From Octopus vulgaris (Eukaryota): DNA of 64,000 bases. The notes beneath the pieces were generated by a model that was not told the DNA's origin, ran no database searches, and saw only the letters and a list, made by a program, of their open reading frames with translations. Both the position numbers and the translations under genes were made by a program. The stretch spans positions 51,460,001 to 51,524,000 of the forward strand of contig OX597826.1 of NCBI GenBank assembly GCA_951406725.2, in the 5' to 3' direction. Below, in pieces: positions 40,930 to 54,845 of the stretch. How positions within the stretch are numbered: position 1 is the stretch's first letter; each line of letters starts with the position of its first letter.

Positions 40930-41238
40930 TGAGTTCAAATTCCGCCGAGGTCGACTTTGCCTTTCATCCTTTCGGTGGTCGATAAATTAAGTACTCCTTG
41001 CTCACTGGGGTCGATGTAATCGACTGGCCCCCAAAATTTCGGGCCTTTCTGCCTAGAGTAGAAAAGATTCTTTATTTCGTCTGCCGTTAAGTTCTGAGTT
41101 CAGAATCCGCCGAGGCTGACTTTGCCTTTCATCCTTTCAGGGTAGATAAATTAAGTACCAGTTGCGTACAGGGTTCGATCTAATCGACTGGACTCCTCCT
41201 CCGAAATTTAGGGCCTTGTACCTAGAGTAGAAAAGAAT
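40930..41238 (+). mobile_element. Head-to-tail dimer of family-A SINE
   Basis: Two units ending in CCTAGAGTAGAAAAGA; the second starts at TATTTCGTCTGCCG. Confidence 0.88.
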
Positions 41239-41953
41239 ATAACTTTTGCATTCAAATCCAGGTAGCGTTTGCCTTTATTGTTTATCAGTTATTCAGTGAC
41301 GACAGCCTCTCAGGTGCAACTCTGCTTCAATGGAGAGAACGTATTATTTGTAAAGGTGATTTTAGCTCCTCATCCCACATTCGCAACCTTAGCTTGTTCG
41401 ACTTTAGTATACTCCTAGTTCTTAATGACCATTTCAATAACTGACCCGACATTATTTGGCACATCAAATCGAATATGACGTCCAGTCTTTGATTATAACA
41501 ATGCTAATCTACGGTATTAGTGACTGATGTACAATCTAAGCAGACAATCCACTAATTTAGTGTCTAATTCACAATCCTAAGAATTTTCATTTCTAGTTTA
41601 AGCACATGTACTTAAATAATACCACCAATACCATTCTAACGTTTTTATCTTGCAAAATACTGTTATGATTGTAAGTATATATATCGCATAAAAACCAAGC
41701 TAACATAATGCACAAGTCGAGTATTTAAAGAAATTTCAAATTTAATAACGATTTAAAATTGTAGAACATAATTCCATATAATTAGTCATTAATATTAAAT
41801 TCAATTAAACTTATTTTAGCAATTTCTTTTAAAATAAATTTAATTAGTTTGATTTCGGAATTCAAAGTTATAAAAACTGCTTCTTCCTAGTTAAGGAAAT
41901 ATTCAAGGAAGACACTACCGAGTGAAATTTGGTTGAGGAGGAAAAGGGAAGCT

Positions 41954-42004
<51 letters not shown>

Positions 42005-42006
<2 letters not shown>

Positions 42007-42460
42007 TCTTTTCCCGTCTGTCTTGATAGACAATGGGTGGCGCCAAGGGTGGGGCCTACTTTGATGATGAGCAGCGTCTGCTGTGACTGAAGAGTCCAAT
42101 TCTAGAGTGGCAGTCCCTGGTACAGTTGCTGCACACGAACATCGATGGGTACGTGTGGGGTGTTGCTGCAGTTGTCCTCCTCCTGTCCCGCCTGTCCGAC
42201 CACAGCTGTGCTCTCCTTTCCTCAGCCATGGAAACGCCTTTCCTCACTGTCCGACGCCAGGCAGAGCGGTCAGCAGCTGTTACCTCCCACGTGTCCACAC
42301 AGATGTTGGCAGTCCTCAGGTCGCGCTTGCACACATCCCTGTATCGTAGCTGTGGACGTCCCTTGGGTCGGGATCCCGTGGTGAGTTCGCTGTACAGGAT
42401 GTCTTTAGGCATGCGACCGTCCTGCATGCGGCAGACGTGTCCGAGCCAGCGCAGTCGTCT
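42005..42460 (-). mobile_element. 5'-truncated, young RTE-clade LINE 3' end
   Basis: Open frame RRLRWLGHVCRMQDGRMPKDILYSEL..RPKGRPQLRYRD..DRSAWR..CSNCTRDCHSRIGLFSHSRRC* (stop at 42056-42058), GC-rich, flanked by (TA)n. Confidence 0.92.
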
Positions 42461-42527
42461 ATATATATATATATATGTTAGCCTCTGAGTAGAGAGAACT
42501 AAAACGGGTACTTCTAAGTACAAATGG

Positions 42528-42650
42528 GGAGGAGCATGGTTAAGTGGTTAGCATGTTGCACTCATGATCGTAAGATTGTACATTTTATTCCTAGTGCAGG
42601 CGATCCGTTGTGTTCTTGAGCAAAACATTTCATTTCCCGTTGTTTGCATT
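42528..42650 (+). mobile_element. Family-C SINE 5' fragment
   Basis: ggagcatggttaagtggttagc..ttgtgttcttgagcaaaacatttcatttc. Confidence 0.6.
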
Positions 42651-43610
42651 GATCAAATATCAGTTTAATCCATGAAGGTGAATCCAGTAAAATGGATTAA
42701 CCTCCCAATATTGGTATTTCTTCTAATATAGAAAATTAGTCTTTGAGGGTCAGAATTAAATATAAGTGTGTCTACAGTTTTAACGAATTCTTCCTTGATG
42801 CAAGTTTTACTCCTTAAATTTCTACATTGTTTCCTTTCAATAAATACTTGAAAAACAATGAATTTCATCTTACGCAAAAAACCCTCAACCAATACTTTGA
42901 AATGAAATGAAATATTGTAAATTTAGCATTGTATTTATTTATGTAAGGATATATAAAAGGAAAATCGGATCACCTTGAAGAATCATAACTAACGAATACG
43001 AAAGGATCATATCCGCAGTGTAAACATGAATAATTTTCACCCCACCATGGATACATTAAAACGAGATGGTAGCCAATATCTAAGTAATGCTTCAGTGAGA
43101 CACGTACATCCTCAAATCACGATGCTGTGGAAAATAGTTTCAAATTCCATTTGAAATAGATTGTGATAGGAAGATTTCAGGATATCTGTAAAAGGTATCC
43201 GCTATTCAATCATTCTTGAAAGAGGGTTTGAAGCCTTTGAAATAACATCCTTTAAACTGCTGGATCTAAAATTTTTGAAGCCAAATGAATAGGTTTATTA
43301 ATCGGGTTAATATAACCAGGTTGCTACACAAAATTTAAATAAGCTGATAAAGGAATATCGATCGGCAACAAATCAATTTCAACATTATCATCGACAAGCA
43401 ATATATTCTTATGCAAATATGAAATTCAATAGAAAATCTCATAAGCACAGAAACAAAGCTGCCGTATTGTGCTCGGATTTAATTTTAATCAAACAACTAA
43501 TATATTACCTGAAATTATCTTAGTTGAACCCTTCACTGAAACTAACTATTGCTAAACCGAATTAAGATTTATTCTTTGTATAATCGTTTTCTTAAATATC
43601 AGTTTTGAAA

Positions 43611-43872
<262 letters not shown>

Positions 43873-44073
43873 CCAATTGCCACATCTACATTTTCGTCTC
43901 TATGAAACCATTGGAATATTTATCAATATTGTTATTTCCTATCTATTAAGATAGGAAATAACAATATGGTTCATGAATATAATATATATCTAACTAAATT
44001 CATGATTAATATATATGTAATCTTAAAATATATTTTGGGTAGTAAGGGTGCAAGACGTTGAAGCACATGGCTG

Positions 44074-45810
44074 TTACATTACATTACATATCCCGTAGTC
44101 TGGCTGACCATTGTGGCACCACTGGTGACTTTGCGACCAAATCTCTCCGCCCACCTCTGTCTTCTGCTTCTCGCACTGCGTCTCTCATGTTTCGCCCTAC
44201 CCACCCACATATGTTTTTTCCTCACCTCGTTCTCTGTCTGCCTCAGATTTGACTGTTCCCTGAAGGATTGTTTTGGCCATTCCTGGTGAGAGGGTGACAT
44301 GTTCAAACTACTTGAGTTTGTGTTTCCTTATTGTGGTATGAAGTTTCTCATAGGACCCTATTGCCTGCATTATTCTTATTTTTACTTCCTCATTTATGAC
44401 ACAATCTCTTTATGATATTCCCAAAAGTCTCCTGAAACATTTCATATCTGCAACCTGGATTGTTCTTTCGATTTCTGCTGTTAGTCTCACAGGTATACAA
44501 GAATATTAAGATCACTAGTGATCCCATTAGCCTAATTTAGGAGCTCAGTGAGATACTTCTGGCTTTCCACAGTGTTCTGAATTTGGTCATTGCTGCTGTC
44601 ATTTTGGCAATGCAGGATAACACTTAATACTTGGAACCTGGGTCACTCACTATTACCCCAAGATATTTGAAGTTTTGAACTTCTTCAAGCTCAACTTCAC
44701 TGACGCTTATGTTGGTACTGATTCCGTTTGGGCAGTTTGTCATAACTTTTGTTTTCTCTATGTTGAAATCATTGGAGGTCTTGTCTAGGCACTTTACTAG
44801 TTGTTTCAATTCTTGCTCTGAGGTCGCCAGTCCGACAATATCATCTGCAAATCGCAGTTTTGTTAGGTTTCTGCCGTCAATGCTAATCGTTCCATTGTAT
44901 TCTCCCAATGCATCGGTCAAGGAAGATGTTGAACAAGATTGGCGAAATTGGGCTGCATCACTCACCAATGTAGCCGTTCAGGTAAACTGCACTACTTGCT
45001 TTATCATACGAACTATCAATGGCACGAATGAAATTCGCGTTGATGTTATGTAGCCTCATGGTGGACCAGAGTGCCGCATGCTACACCCTGTCAAATGCTA
45101 TTTTGACGTCCACGAACACATGGAAAAGTTCTTGCTGGCGCTGAAGAAAACCCACACACAGAATTGAAAATCTGTTCTATTGTACTGCACCCCGCCCTGA
45201 ATCTTGCTTGCTCCTCGGCAATAGTTTTCTTCGCTTGGGGTTTGAGTCTGTTAAGGGTGATTCTCAAGAACACTTTACTTGTGTGGCATATCAAGGTAAT
45301 AATTCTGTAGTCCTAGCATTGTTGTACATGCCCTTTTTTGGCAAGGTGGTCACAAGCATCTGAGTCGAAGGTGCCGGCCACTCTCCTGTCTGCCAGATTC
45401 TATTACGTATTACATGGAGTGCATCCACATGGCCTCCCCCTCTGCCTACAATAACTCAGGCGGGCTATTGTCCACCCCTACTAATTTACTTGCCTTCAAT
45501 GTCTTAACCGATCCGTTTACTTCCTTTCTTAGAATGGGGAAATTGTTCGTATCCGTTGTTGGTAGGAAATTCAGCTTATCAGTGTTACATTTTGTTTCGT
45601 GGTTCTATAGATCTGTTGTTCTTCTTTATGTTTCCCTCAATGTCCCTACACTGCTCCTCCATCCATGCCTACTTGGTCACCCTCCTAGTAAAATGTTTTC
45701 TTCTTCAATTCTCTTCTTTTGTCATACAAGTCTAAAATTTCTGGTGTGATCTATGGTTTCTTGGCAGGCCTGTACTTGCTAAAACCTCTCTGGCTTTTTC
45801 TGTTTCTAGA
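44074..45810 (-). mobile_element. Decayed RTE-clade LINE (RT domain to 3' tail)
   Basis: SKVFLRITLNRLKPQA..IAEEQARFRAGCSTIEQIFN; ISIDGRNLTKLRFADDIVGLA; VQNFKYLG; (TGTAA)3 tail at 44074-44088. Confidence 0.9.
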
Positions 45811-47937
45811 GTTAAAACTGTCAGTGAAAGTGTATAGAGGTTTCTAGTCAGAGATAATACCTAAGGTGTATATATTCCATAATATAGAATAGAATATTGT
45901 TATTTTTAACATACTGATACATACAAACACACCTAAAAACATACATGCATACATACATAATACATACATACATACATGATACATACATGATACATACATA
46001 CATACATACATACATACATACATACATACATACATACATACATACATACATACATACATACATACATACATACATACATACCTATTTGTCTTTGTGGTTC
46101 AAATCCATACCAATGATGACACTGCATTATTTTTCCTAGCTCATTTTCGTTTCATGTTAGCAAATTACCTAGGCCATAAATGTATTAAACTTCTATGTAG
46201 ATTTCTAAATGAAGATAATGTCAAACAACAGTAATGAATATAAGGCAGAAAAATCGCTGTACAGGTAGCATCAGCTAAAATAGAAAAAGGAGTTCGCTTT
46301 TGTCCTGTTCTTTCCAGACAACCAAACTGTATTTTCCTTTGAGATATGTCAGTTTTGCAGAATTTAATTCTTGAGTTCTGAGATAATTTTTCCTTCCCAT
46401 ATGGAGTTAGTACTAAATACAATTTAGTGATTGGACTAACACATTTGGAAGCAGAGATAATTTCAACAACAATTTTTTAAAATGTATACTGTATGTTAAT
46501 TAAAATACACTCGTTCACACATACAAATGTACATATACAAACACATGCACACACGCATGTATATAGACATGCATACGCACACATATATTAAAAAGAAATG
46601 GTCTATTTATATTTTTAAGTCTAGTAAAATGAACAGATAAAATCTTATCTTGAGGATGGTTTAAGAAGGATTCATAAAAGCGAATGTTTGCTAATTAGTA
46701 AATGGAATATTATCTGTGAACAGATATAAATAAATATCGCCAGACGATCGTTGGTTCCAGAAGACAGAAGTTTTCTAATGTTCATTTATTTAATCAATGG
46801 ACTGGCTGGCGCTCTGGGCATCACACAGACACAGACACAGACACCACACACACACACACACACACACACAGATACACACACACATACACACACACACACA
46901 ACTTACAGAGAGAGAGAGAGAGAGACAGAGAGAGAGAGAGACAGAGACAGAGAGAGAGAGAGAGAGCTAAAAATGATTATTCTTCTGAGATTACTTTTAA
47001 GATGTGACTGCAAGGCAAAGAGGAGCAGTTTTAGTATGAATACAACAGTTATGATATGCGCTAGTAAAAAAACAAGAAACAAAAAACAAATAAACAAACA
47101 AACTAGCAAAAAGACCAAATAAATATGTTTAATATCGAATATGTTTAAAATCGGAAATTACGCCCCGTACGCATACTCCGCCAAACAATTACACACAGAC
47201 ATATGCGCGTGCATGTGCGCACACAGCTTTAAAGACAGCTATAACAAAACTCACTTCACTGTAGGGACACTGAAATGAATTGTGATAGTAAAACGTCATA
47301 CTGGCAACAAACGGGGAATTAGAAGTAAGCTCGCTCAAGAGGTCATAACCAAGATATATTTTACATCAACAAAATATAGGTTTTAGTTTGTGTGGAGTTT
47401 AGAGCTTTCCAAAGAAGTGATAAAATATTTTTTTAAGTCCCCAAATACACGAAAGTTGGCTAATAAAAATGGGTTTATTCGTGTCTGTATTTGGATTTGG
47501 TCCTTTCTGTTACTTATTACAGTTGTACACGTCTTTCACATCTTTCACGTCTTTCAGTATTATTTTGAATATTTACATAACCATTCATACATACATAGAT
47601 ACATACATACATACATACATACATACATACATACATACATACATACATACATACATACATACATACATACATACATGTGTGTGTGTATGTGTTTGTGTGC
47701 TTTGCTTATGTGCACTAGAATACATTTTGGTAATTATAGTTGAGATTAAGAAACGAGAGATCTTTTGACAAGTCACCTAGTGAGACACATCCGCCCCTAC
47801 GATGCATCACAACAGTTTGTACAGCCTCTCACCCACAAAGCACCACTGCACGATGGGCCAAAACGATCGTAGTGACTAATAAAGAGCCTCCTGAAACGCA
47901 TTTTCTGCCTCTTATATTTAAAAAAAAAACACTACGG

Positions 47938-48065
47938 GACTACATATATTTCATAGCTAACGGAACCTCGGAAGTAGTAATTATCCAAAAGCTACTCTAC
48001 AGTCTACTCCCCGTTTGAATAATTACTGCTTCCGAGGTTGCGCTAGCTATGAAACATATGTAGCC
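47938..48065. repeat. 52-bp-arm hairpin (inverted repeat) with a 24-nt loop
   Basis: 47938-47989 versus the reverse complement of 48014-48065: 46/52 identical, ungapped. Confidence 0.9.
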
Positions 48066-48401
48066 TGGATTTTATCTATTCCATTTCCTAACTTTTGGAT
48101 GTTTATTCGCATATACAGCAACCTCAATTGCTAACAGTTAGCTATAAGATAATCTTTTTCCAGCTTATCGTATGGGACAAATTCGCAACCTTCTGCCCCA
48201 ATAAACCATTATTTTTCCCCAAAAGTTGTTTTTGATATCTTCTACAGATTGCTTGAAGCTCACTAACTTTTTACACCTTGATTCTTGGATCTTATCTTTT
48301 CATATATACATGCATACATATATAATATGTGTGTATGTGTGAGTGTGTGTGTGTGCGTGTGTATATATACTTATATGTATGTATTCTCATATATGTATAT
48401 A

Positions 48402-48560
48402 TACGAGGGGATGCTGAAACATCCCTTAGGCTTAGAAAAGCTGAAGGACCGCTGCAATAAGTGTGTGAACCTAAGAGGGGAATACGCTGAATAAAATCAT
48501 AATTAACTGATCCTCCTGTATTTTCTTTTATCCAAAGCCAGGTACTTCTAGTACCCCTTA
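48402..48560 (+). mobile_element. Internally deleted mariner derivative (MITE)
   Basis: TACGAGGGGATGCTGAAA...TTCTAGTACCCCTTA TIR-like ends; encodes the transposase C-terminus GLEKLKDRCNKCVNLRGEYAE*. Confidence 0.75.
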
Positions 48561-50204
48561 ATATATACGCATTAAAATGTTGACTTGCATTCTTTCATCT
48601 CTACTTCATTAACTGACCTTGCCAATGTTTAAAAATTGAAATAACCATGTTAGCACTAACTTCTGCATGAACCGGAAGAAATTAGTTTCCTTTTGAGCTA
48701 TCACTGTTGTAGCAACGTGACTAAGTCTATACAACCATGTTGAGACACTGACACGTCTAGTCACACCTAATAATATATTGATTCTTTTAAATATTGCTTT
48801 CCATAAAATTTCAGGTAGTTTATGAAAAAACAAACAAACAATGAAGGAATGTGTTCAATGAGAATTTATTTGATTGAGATACGTGAAAGTAAACGTGACT
48901 GAATGAGAAAATTGAGGAAGATTTGATCAGGTGTTTGTGAGTTGGATTAGCCTAAGGTTAAGAATAGGAAACAATTCCAAGATTCTCATCAGGAAAACCA
49001 TCTTATGGTATCAAGCTTGTTTGTATATGATGTAATTCTATAAGAATAAGGTAAAGAAATACTTCTCCATCATTTTTTTCTGTAAACTAGATATTTTGTA
49101 TTAACAGTAAAATTACACTTAGAATCGGAGAAAATAAATGTAGTCGAAGAGAATGAGAATGATATTGTGTGAGAGTGAATGAAACAGACATAAAACTATA
49201 TAAAATGAAAGTAAAATATATTCAGAAATATCGACACAGAAAACTGATACTAATCTGCCACAAGGAAACGCTGCAGAAAAAAAAGAAGAAAATAGTTCCA
49301 TGAAAAAGAAGAAAAAAAATTAAAATAACAAAAACAAAGAAAAACAAAACAAAAAAAACAATAAAAAAAGATTATCCACATTGTTGGGAATCTTTTGTCG
49401 AAGTGCCTCTATCAATCGTATTCTATACACTTTGCTTGCAGTGACATTTTAAGTCAGTCACTAGGAAGTAATCTGATGCTATTTTTGTATACAGTAACTG
49501 TTGATATACAAGGTAGAAATGTCTGCAGATTGATGTGAGATCATTATGTTCCAATATTAACAAGCCTCTTTACATTAACGCAAACTCCTGCTTAGATGTT
49601 CGACTCCATTTTTTTCTAATGTTTTTACAATTCTTCTAATTATCGACGAATATAGTTTTTTTCTATATTTACTTGATAAACTAATTCTGTTGCATTCCTG
49701 TAGGGCTTTTCAATGAAAGTGTGTTTATTATATTAGTATTCTATTCAAAACTCTAATTTATTTAGAAACTGCTATTTTGGAGAGTGTAGAAAAGACAGAT
49801 TTCAGTCAAAATACTGAATTTTTTTTTTTTATAAAAGAGTAAAACGGGAATAAATGGAAAGCGAAGATGGGTTCAATAAACGTAGAGGAATCAGTCTTTC
49901 TATAAAGAAATGTTGCACAGTAAAGCAGTGCAAACATTTTTTATATAAAGGAGAATAAATAGAGATTTTAGATGTTTTCTTTCGGAGATTTTTTTTAGAT
50001 AAAAGAAATAGAAAATTGTCTGTCAGCCATTATAAAAATATTTGGAATGTATCGAAGTAACGTGAGCACATCTTAATACTGAACTCCTTGAGCAAAAGGG
50101 GATGAATAATATAAAGTAAAATAAGGTGGGGAATAAATACTCTGATCTATAAAATATGAGATGGAACGTAAACGCATACACGAAAAACGTTAAACACATA
50201 CATA

Positions 50205-50955
50205 TTTGACATCTTACTGAAGCAGTTCCCATTCATCCTCTTCGGTCTGCACAGAAGTGATGCTTTAGCCATCTCTAAAGGCGCTAAATGACATAGTCGA
50301 AATAGGCTCGGAAAGACCTAATTCGATCCCTTAAATCCCTTGGAATCCAGATTTTAATTGAGACCAAACTTATCATTGTTAACTTCTTAGATGGTATTTT
50401 GGAACTGGACAGCTGTTTATACAGGTCCTTTCGCAAAACAAACGAAAGGCTGACGTACATTAACACAGCCTCATGCCACCCATCTTTCATGCGCAAGAAT
50501 CTAGTGAAAGGAATTGAAACCTGTCCTCTAGGAAAGAAATTTTCGACGCCCATTATCCTTATTACAAGGAGGCTAAGGCTGACAGTGAGTTTAAAAACCG
50601 TATCTCCTATATACCAAGTCTTAACACCCACAAAAGGAAGCGCCACAGTAATGTTGGTTGGTTTGCGCCACCCTCCTTAATCAACATCAGGACTTGTGTG
50701 GGAAGGATATTCCTAAGATTAGTGGACAAATACTTCACATAGTCAAATAGATACTGGCGTTTGTTTAATAAACACAGCTTAAAGGTCTCTTTCAGCTGCA
50801 CACCTAGGGTTAAGAAATTATTAGTGAGCACCACTAAACCACGCGCAGAGGTAGGATGCTCATGCAGGGTTACAAATGAGTGCTCAGTATGCGTGTATTT
50901 GTGGGGATAGACACAACTCAGAAAGTGTAGTATATGAAGCTAAGGTGGTGAACAG
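50205..50955 (+). pseudogene. Second Penelope-like element relic (RT, linker, start of the endonuclease)
   Basis: IVNFLDGILELDSCLYRSFRKTNERLTYINTASCHP; WFAPPSLINIRTCVGRIFLRLVDKYF..FNKHSLKVSFSCTP; SVVYEAKV. Confidence 0.8.
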
Positions 50956-51143
50956 TGACAGCTTTGGTAGCAACAACAGCAACAACACTAACAACATAAC
51001 ATACTCGCCAATAGCAGTAACAATTCTGCGATTATTTCAACATGTGACGCAGTTCAATGTTGATTTAATGGAGGGAGTCAGCTTTTACATACACACATAC
51101 ATACATACATACATACATACATACATACATACACACATACACA

Positions 51144-51185
<42 letters not shown>

Positions 51186-51188
<3 letters not shown>

Positions 51189-51416
51189 CTATATATTTGT
51201 GAAAAGAGCGGACATTGTCTCACAAGCAGTTGTGCTGGCAACAGTGTTAGTAAATGTGGTCAGATTGAACTGAACATTTGCACACCCATGCTAAATGTGG
51301 TGGGGTGTTTGCATGGCAACATTGAGTTTGCTCAACTGAAAGGCGTGGGCTCTAGGGCAAAATTCCTCATCTTTAAAATGTGGCCCAAGAAACCCGAATG
51401 AAATCGGGTTATGTTG

Positions 51417-51420
<4 letters not shown>
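51186..51420 (+). mobile_element. Short non-autonomous Helitron-like element
   Basis: 5' CTACTATATA; 3' hairpin AACCCGA-atgaaa-TCGGGTT (51391-51410), then CTAA|T. Confidence 0.55.
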
Positions 51421-51454
<34 letters not shown>

Positions 51455-51582
51455 TATATATAATAAAACAATACTGGGAGGATAAGAGACGGAACGGAAG
51501 AAAATTCGAAAATTCGAAAATTCGAACGAACCCGACGCGAAGCGCAAATAGACATATATACACATATACACACACATACACA

Positions 51583-51690
<108 letters not shown>

Positions 51691-51696
51691 CATACA

Positions 51697-51845
51697 AGGC
51701 GGTAGAACGGTAGAATTGTTACTGCGTTACATAGAAGGGTCTCTAGCTCTGAGTTAAAATGTTAAAATTCCACTGACACCAAGTTTGCTTTTCACCCTTT
51801 CGAGGTCAAATAAATAACGTACCAGTCAAGTACTACAGTTGATTT
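51697..51845 (+). mobile_element. Degenerate family-A SINE
   Basis: aggcggtagaacggtagaattgtt..ctgagttaaaa..tttgcttttcaccctttcgaggtc. Confidence 0.65.
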
Positions 51846-52847
51846 GTCTTCTTTTCTGTTTCTCTCATTCGCCCATCAAAAAATTAACCATGCTCACAGA
51901 TGGGCTGTAACAGAATTAAAATGCCTAAAGCAACTCGAATTCTGTCATAACGTTATGCTTACGACCCCGTCAACGAGTTAAACGTATATATATATGTGCG
52001 TGTGCTAAGTGTCACGAGAAGCTAAAATTGTGTCTCAATATTACCACAATATTCCTTTCTTCCGACAACACGGGAAATATGAAGCGGAGAATAACGATTT
52101 GTAGATTATGAAGCTTCTTACTCCACTGTTATTATCATGAGCCCTCTTTTCTTCTGAGTGATATACTTCCATACCCACATATGTACATCTACACACACGT
52201 ATTGTATTATTATTGATAATTTCAAAAATATTAAACAATTTTTTTTTTAAATAGAGCTCTGAAAACAGGCAGTAATGCATTTGTATTTATAAAGCACTAT
52301 CAGCAACTGTGCAACGAATTTGAAAAAGTTATCCAAAGATGCATATAACATGACATAAAAACAAACACACACACACACCCATACACACGTTTGTGGAAGT
52401 ATGTTACTATTTGTGTTTTGGTATGAAATCGCAAAGTGCTCAATGCCCACATGCATTACAAGCGTGAAAAGTCTGTGGAAAGTTTTAAATATTCTATGAA
52501 ATATCGATTAATCAAATATATATTTCTATGACATCAAAGATGTGTCTTTTTTAACCAAAAGAGGAGCCGAAATATATGAAATTTATGGAATGTATGAAAT
52601 TTATTATACATGTACAGCTATATATATGTTTTATTTATCTTAAATTAGCTATATATCTCTTGACGACAAGTTCTGCTGACGTCACTGTGACGACATTTGA
52701 CATCTTTATGAAATTATTAGCGACACCAGTTCCCCTAATGGTCTACTTTATTTTATATATAGATATTAGTTATTTTATCTTGTTAAAAATACTTTTAAAA
52801 AATCCTTTCATTCTGGAAAGAGGTTAAGACGTATGATAAAAATAAAG

Positions 52848-52927
52848 ATAATAATATTAATAATAATGATAATAATAATAATAAATGGTAATAATAATAA
52901 TAATAATAATAATGATAAATAATAATG

Positions 52928-52967
<40 letters not shown>

Positions 52968-53021
52968 TAAATAATAATAATAATAATAATAATTAATAAT
53001 AATAATAAAAAACAATTAATG

Positions 53022-53058
<37 letters not shown>

Positions 53059-53151
53059 TAAAAATAACTAATAACTAATAATAAAAAAAAATAATAATAA
53101 AATAATAATAATAATAAATAAAAAAAATAATAATTAATAATAATAATAATG

Positions 53152-53233
<82 letters not shown>
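52848..53233. repeat. Long imperfect (AAT)n
   Basis: Visible run of about 385 bp. Confidence 0.95.
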
Positions 53234-53581
53234 TTTGCTATAATGATAATTTTTCTTTTTATATGAAACAAGTGAAATTGTTCTTGACAGTGGTATGGTG
53301 AGGGTGAGGAATAACTTGTTTAATTAAATCTACTATAAATACAATGCTAACAAATGATGGAATACGTCCAAAACACAACGACCATGAAAAAAATTAATAG
53401 ATACATAAAAAGTACGTAGGAATTAATTGCGTGTTCATTCTCACATTAATTAATTCTTTCGAATTTCTCACTAATGGAGAATGAAAGAAGCGATTTTTAA
53501 AACCAAGAAATAAAATTGTTTCATTGGAATTTTGACTGTATCAACACAAAACAAGATAGTTGTACAAGTGCACGTGTGTGA

Positions 53582-53677
<96 letters not shown>

Positions 53678-53751
53678 GTAAAAAGTGAAAAAACTACAGA
53701 AGGCTATTTTCTATATATTCAACCACGAGCTTTCACACACCAACTTTCTCA

Positions 53752-53827
<76 letters not shown>

Positions 53828-54214
53828 TATGTATATATTTATATATGTGTGAATGTGTGTGTGTGTGTGTATGCATGTATGCGCACATTTAAGAATGCGA
53901 ACATGTTTAGGTGCACGTATAGATGGCATTGCATATGTGCTTCATATTCGCTGAAATCATGAATACACCTTGTAGCTAACAACTCTGAGGTGAGTTGCTT
54001 TTGGTTTTGTGTACCTAGTTTCTCAAGTTTAGTGCTGAAGCACTTATTCACGTATCTAAGTACTCTAATAATTATTGGTAAAAATTTAAAGTTATATTCA
54101 GGAAGGAGCTTCTCCCGATTCTAATAAGTTCAGCGTACATGTTCTCTTTCTTACTAATATCTTTTACATTGCTGATATGCGCTGGGCAACCGATTTTAAC
54201 GTCTTTGTATGTAA

Positions 54215-54245
<31 letters not shown>

Positions 54246-54519
54246 GGTACATTTGCGTGTGTTGATGCATGCGTGTATATATGTTTGTACATATGTATCT
54301 ATGAGTGCATGTGCTCATGCAACTACGTATGTATTTATGTATGTTAAATTTTCTAAGTTAATTTGTTTTCGAATTTATGATCGATGGAAAAAGCGTAAAT
54401 TTCTCGCCTAGAAATTTAAACATCTTCAGTGGAGTCATGTATGTATATATATATGTAAGCTCGTAGGAATGTGTGTGTATATATATATGTATGTACATAT
54501 ATATTTATACAATCATGCA

Positions 54520-54845
54520 TAAATAATGGTAAAGACCACTTTCGGTCATGAATGACCACGGAATTGCAGCTAGAAAGTAACCCCTCCACACGAGGCACAA
54601 ATCCGAGCAAGTCGCCCAAGCTTACCAGCTTCACTTCTCCAGATCACTGATGTTATCCAAGGGAAAGGCAAAGGCCGATACAACTTGAGACCAGTGACGT
54701 TGCAACTCATTTCTGCAACTGAATGAACCGGAGCAGCGATAAATAAAGAGCCTTGCTCAAGAACACAACAAACAGCCTTGTCCAGGATTCGAACACACTA
54801 CCACATGTTTGTGCGCCCGATACTCAAACTACTGAGCCATGCGCC
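54520..54845 (-). mobile_element. Family-C SINE
   Basis: tRNA-like head at the right end (ggattcgaac..actactgagccatgcgcc); ccttgctcaagaacacaac; body atccaagggaaaggcaaaggcc, shared with 58570-58862. Confidence 0.75.

Noticed and set aside
49119-49301. Minus-strand acceptor-like tract followed by a hydrophobic ORF
   Set aside because: The T-rich composition explains it; no donor site or recognisable homology.
54390-54435. Minus-strand CTGAAGA-t-gttta..taggc-GAGAAA
   Set aside because: A possible eroded hammerhead, but it has an insertion in the core, no NUH triplet and no stem I.
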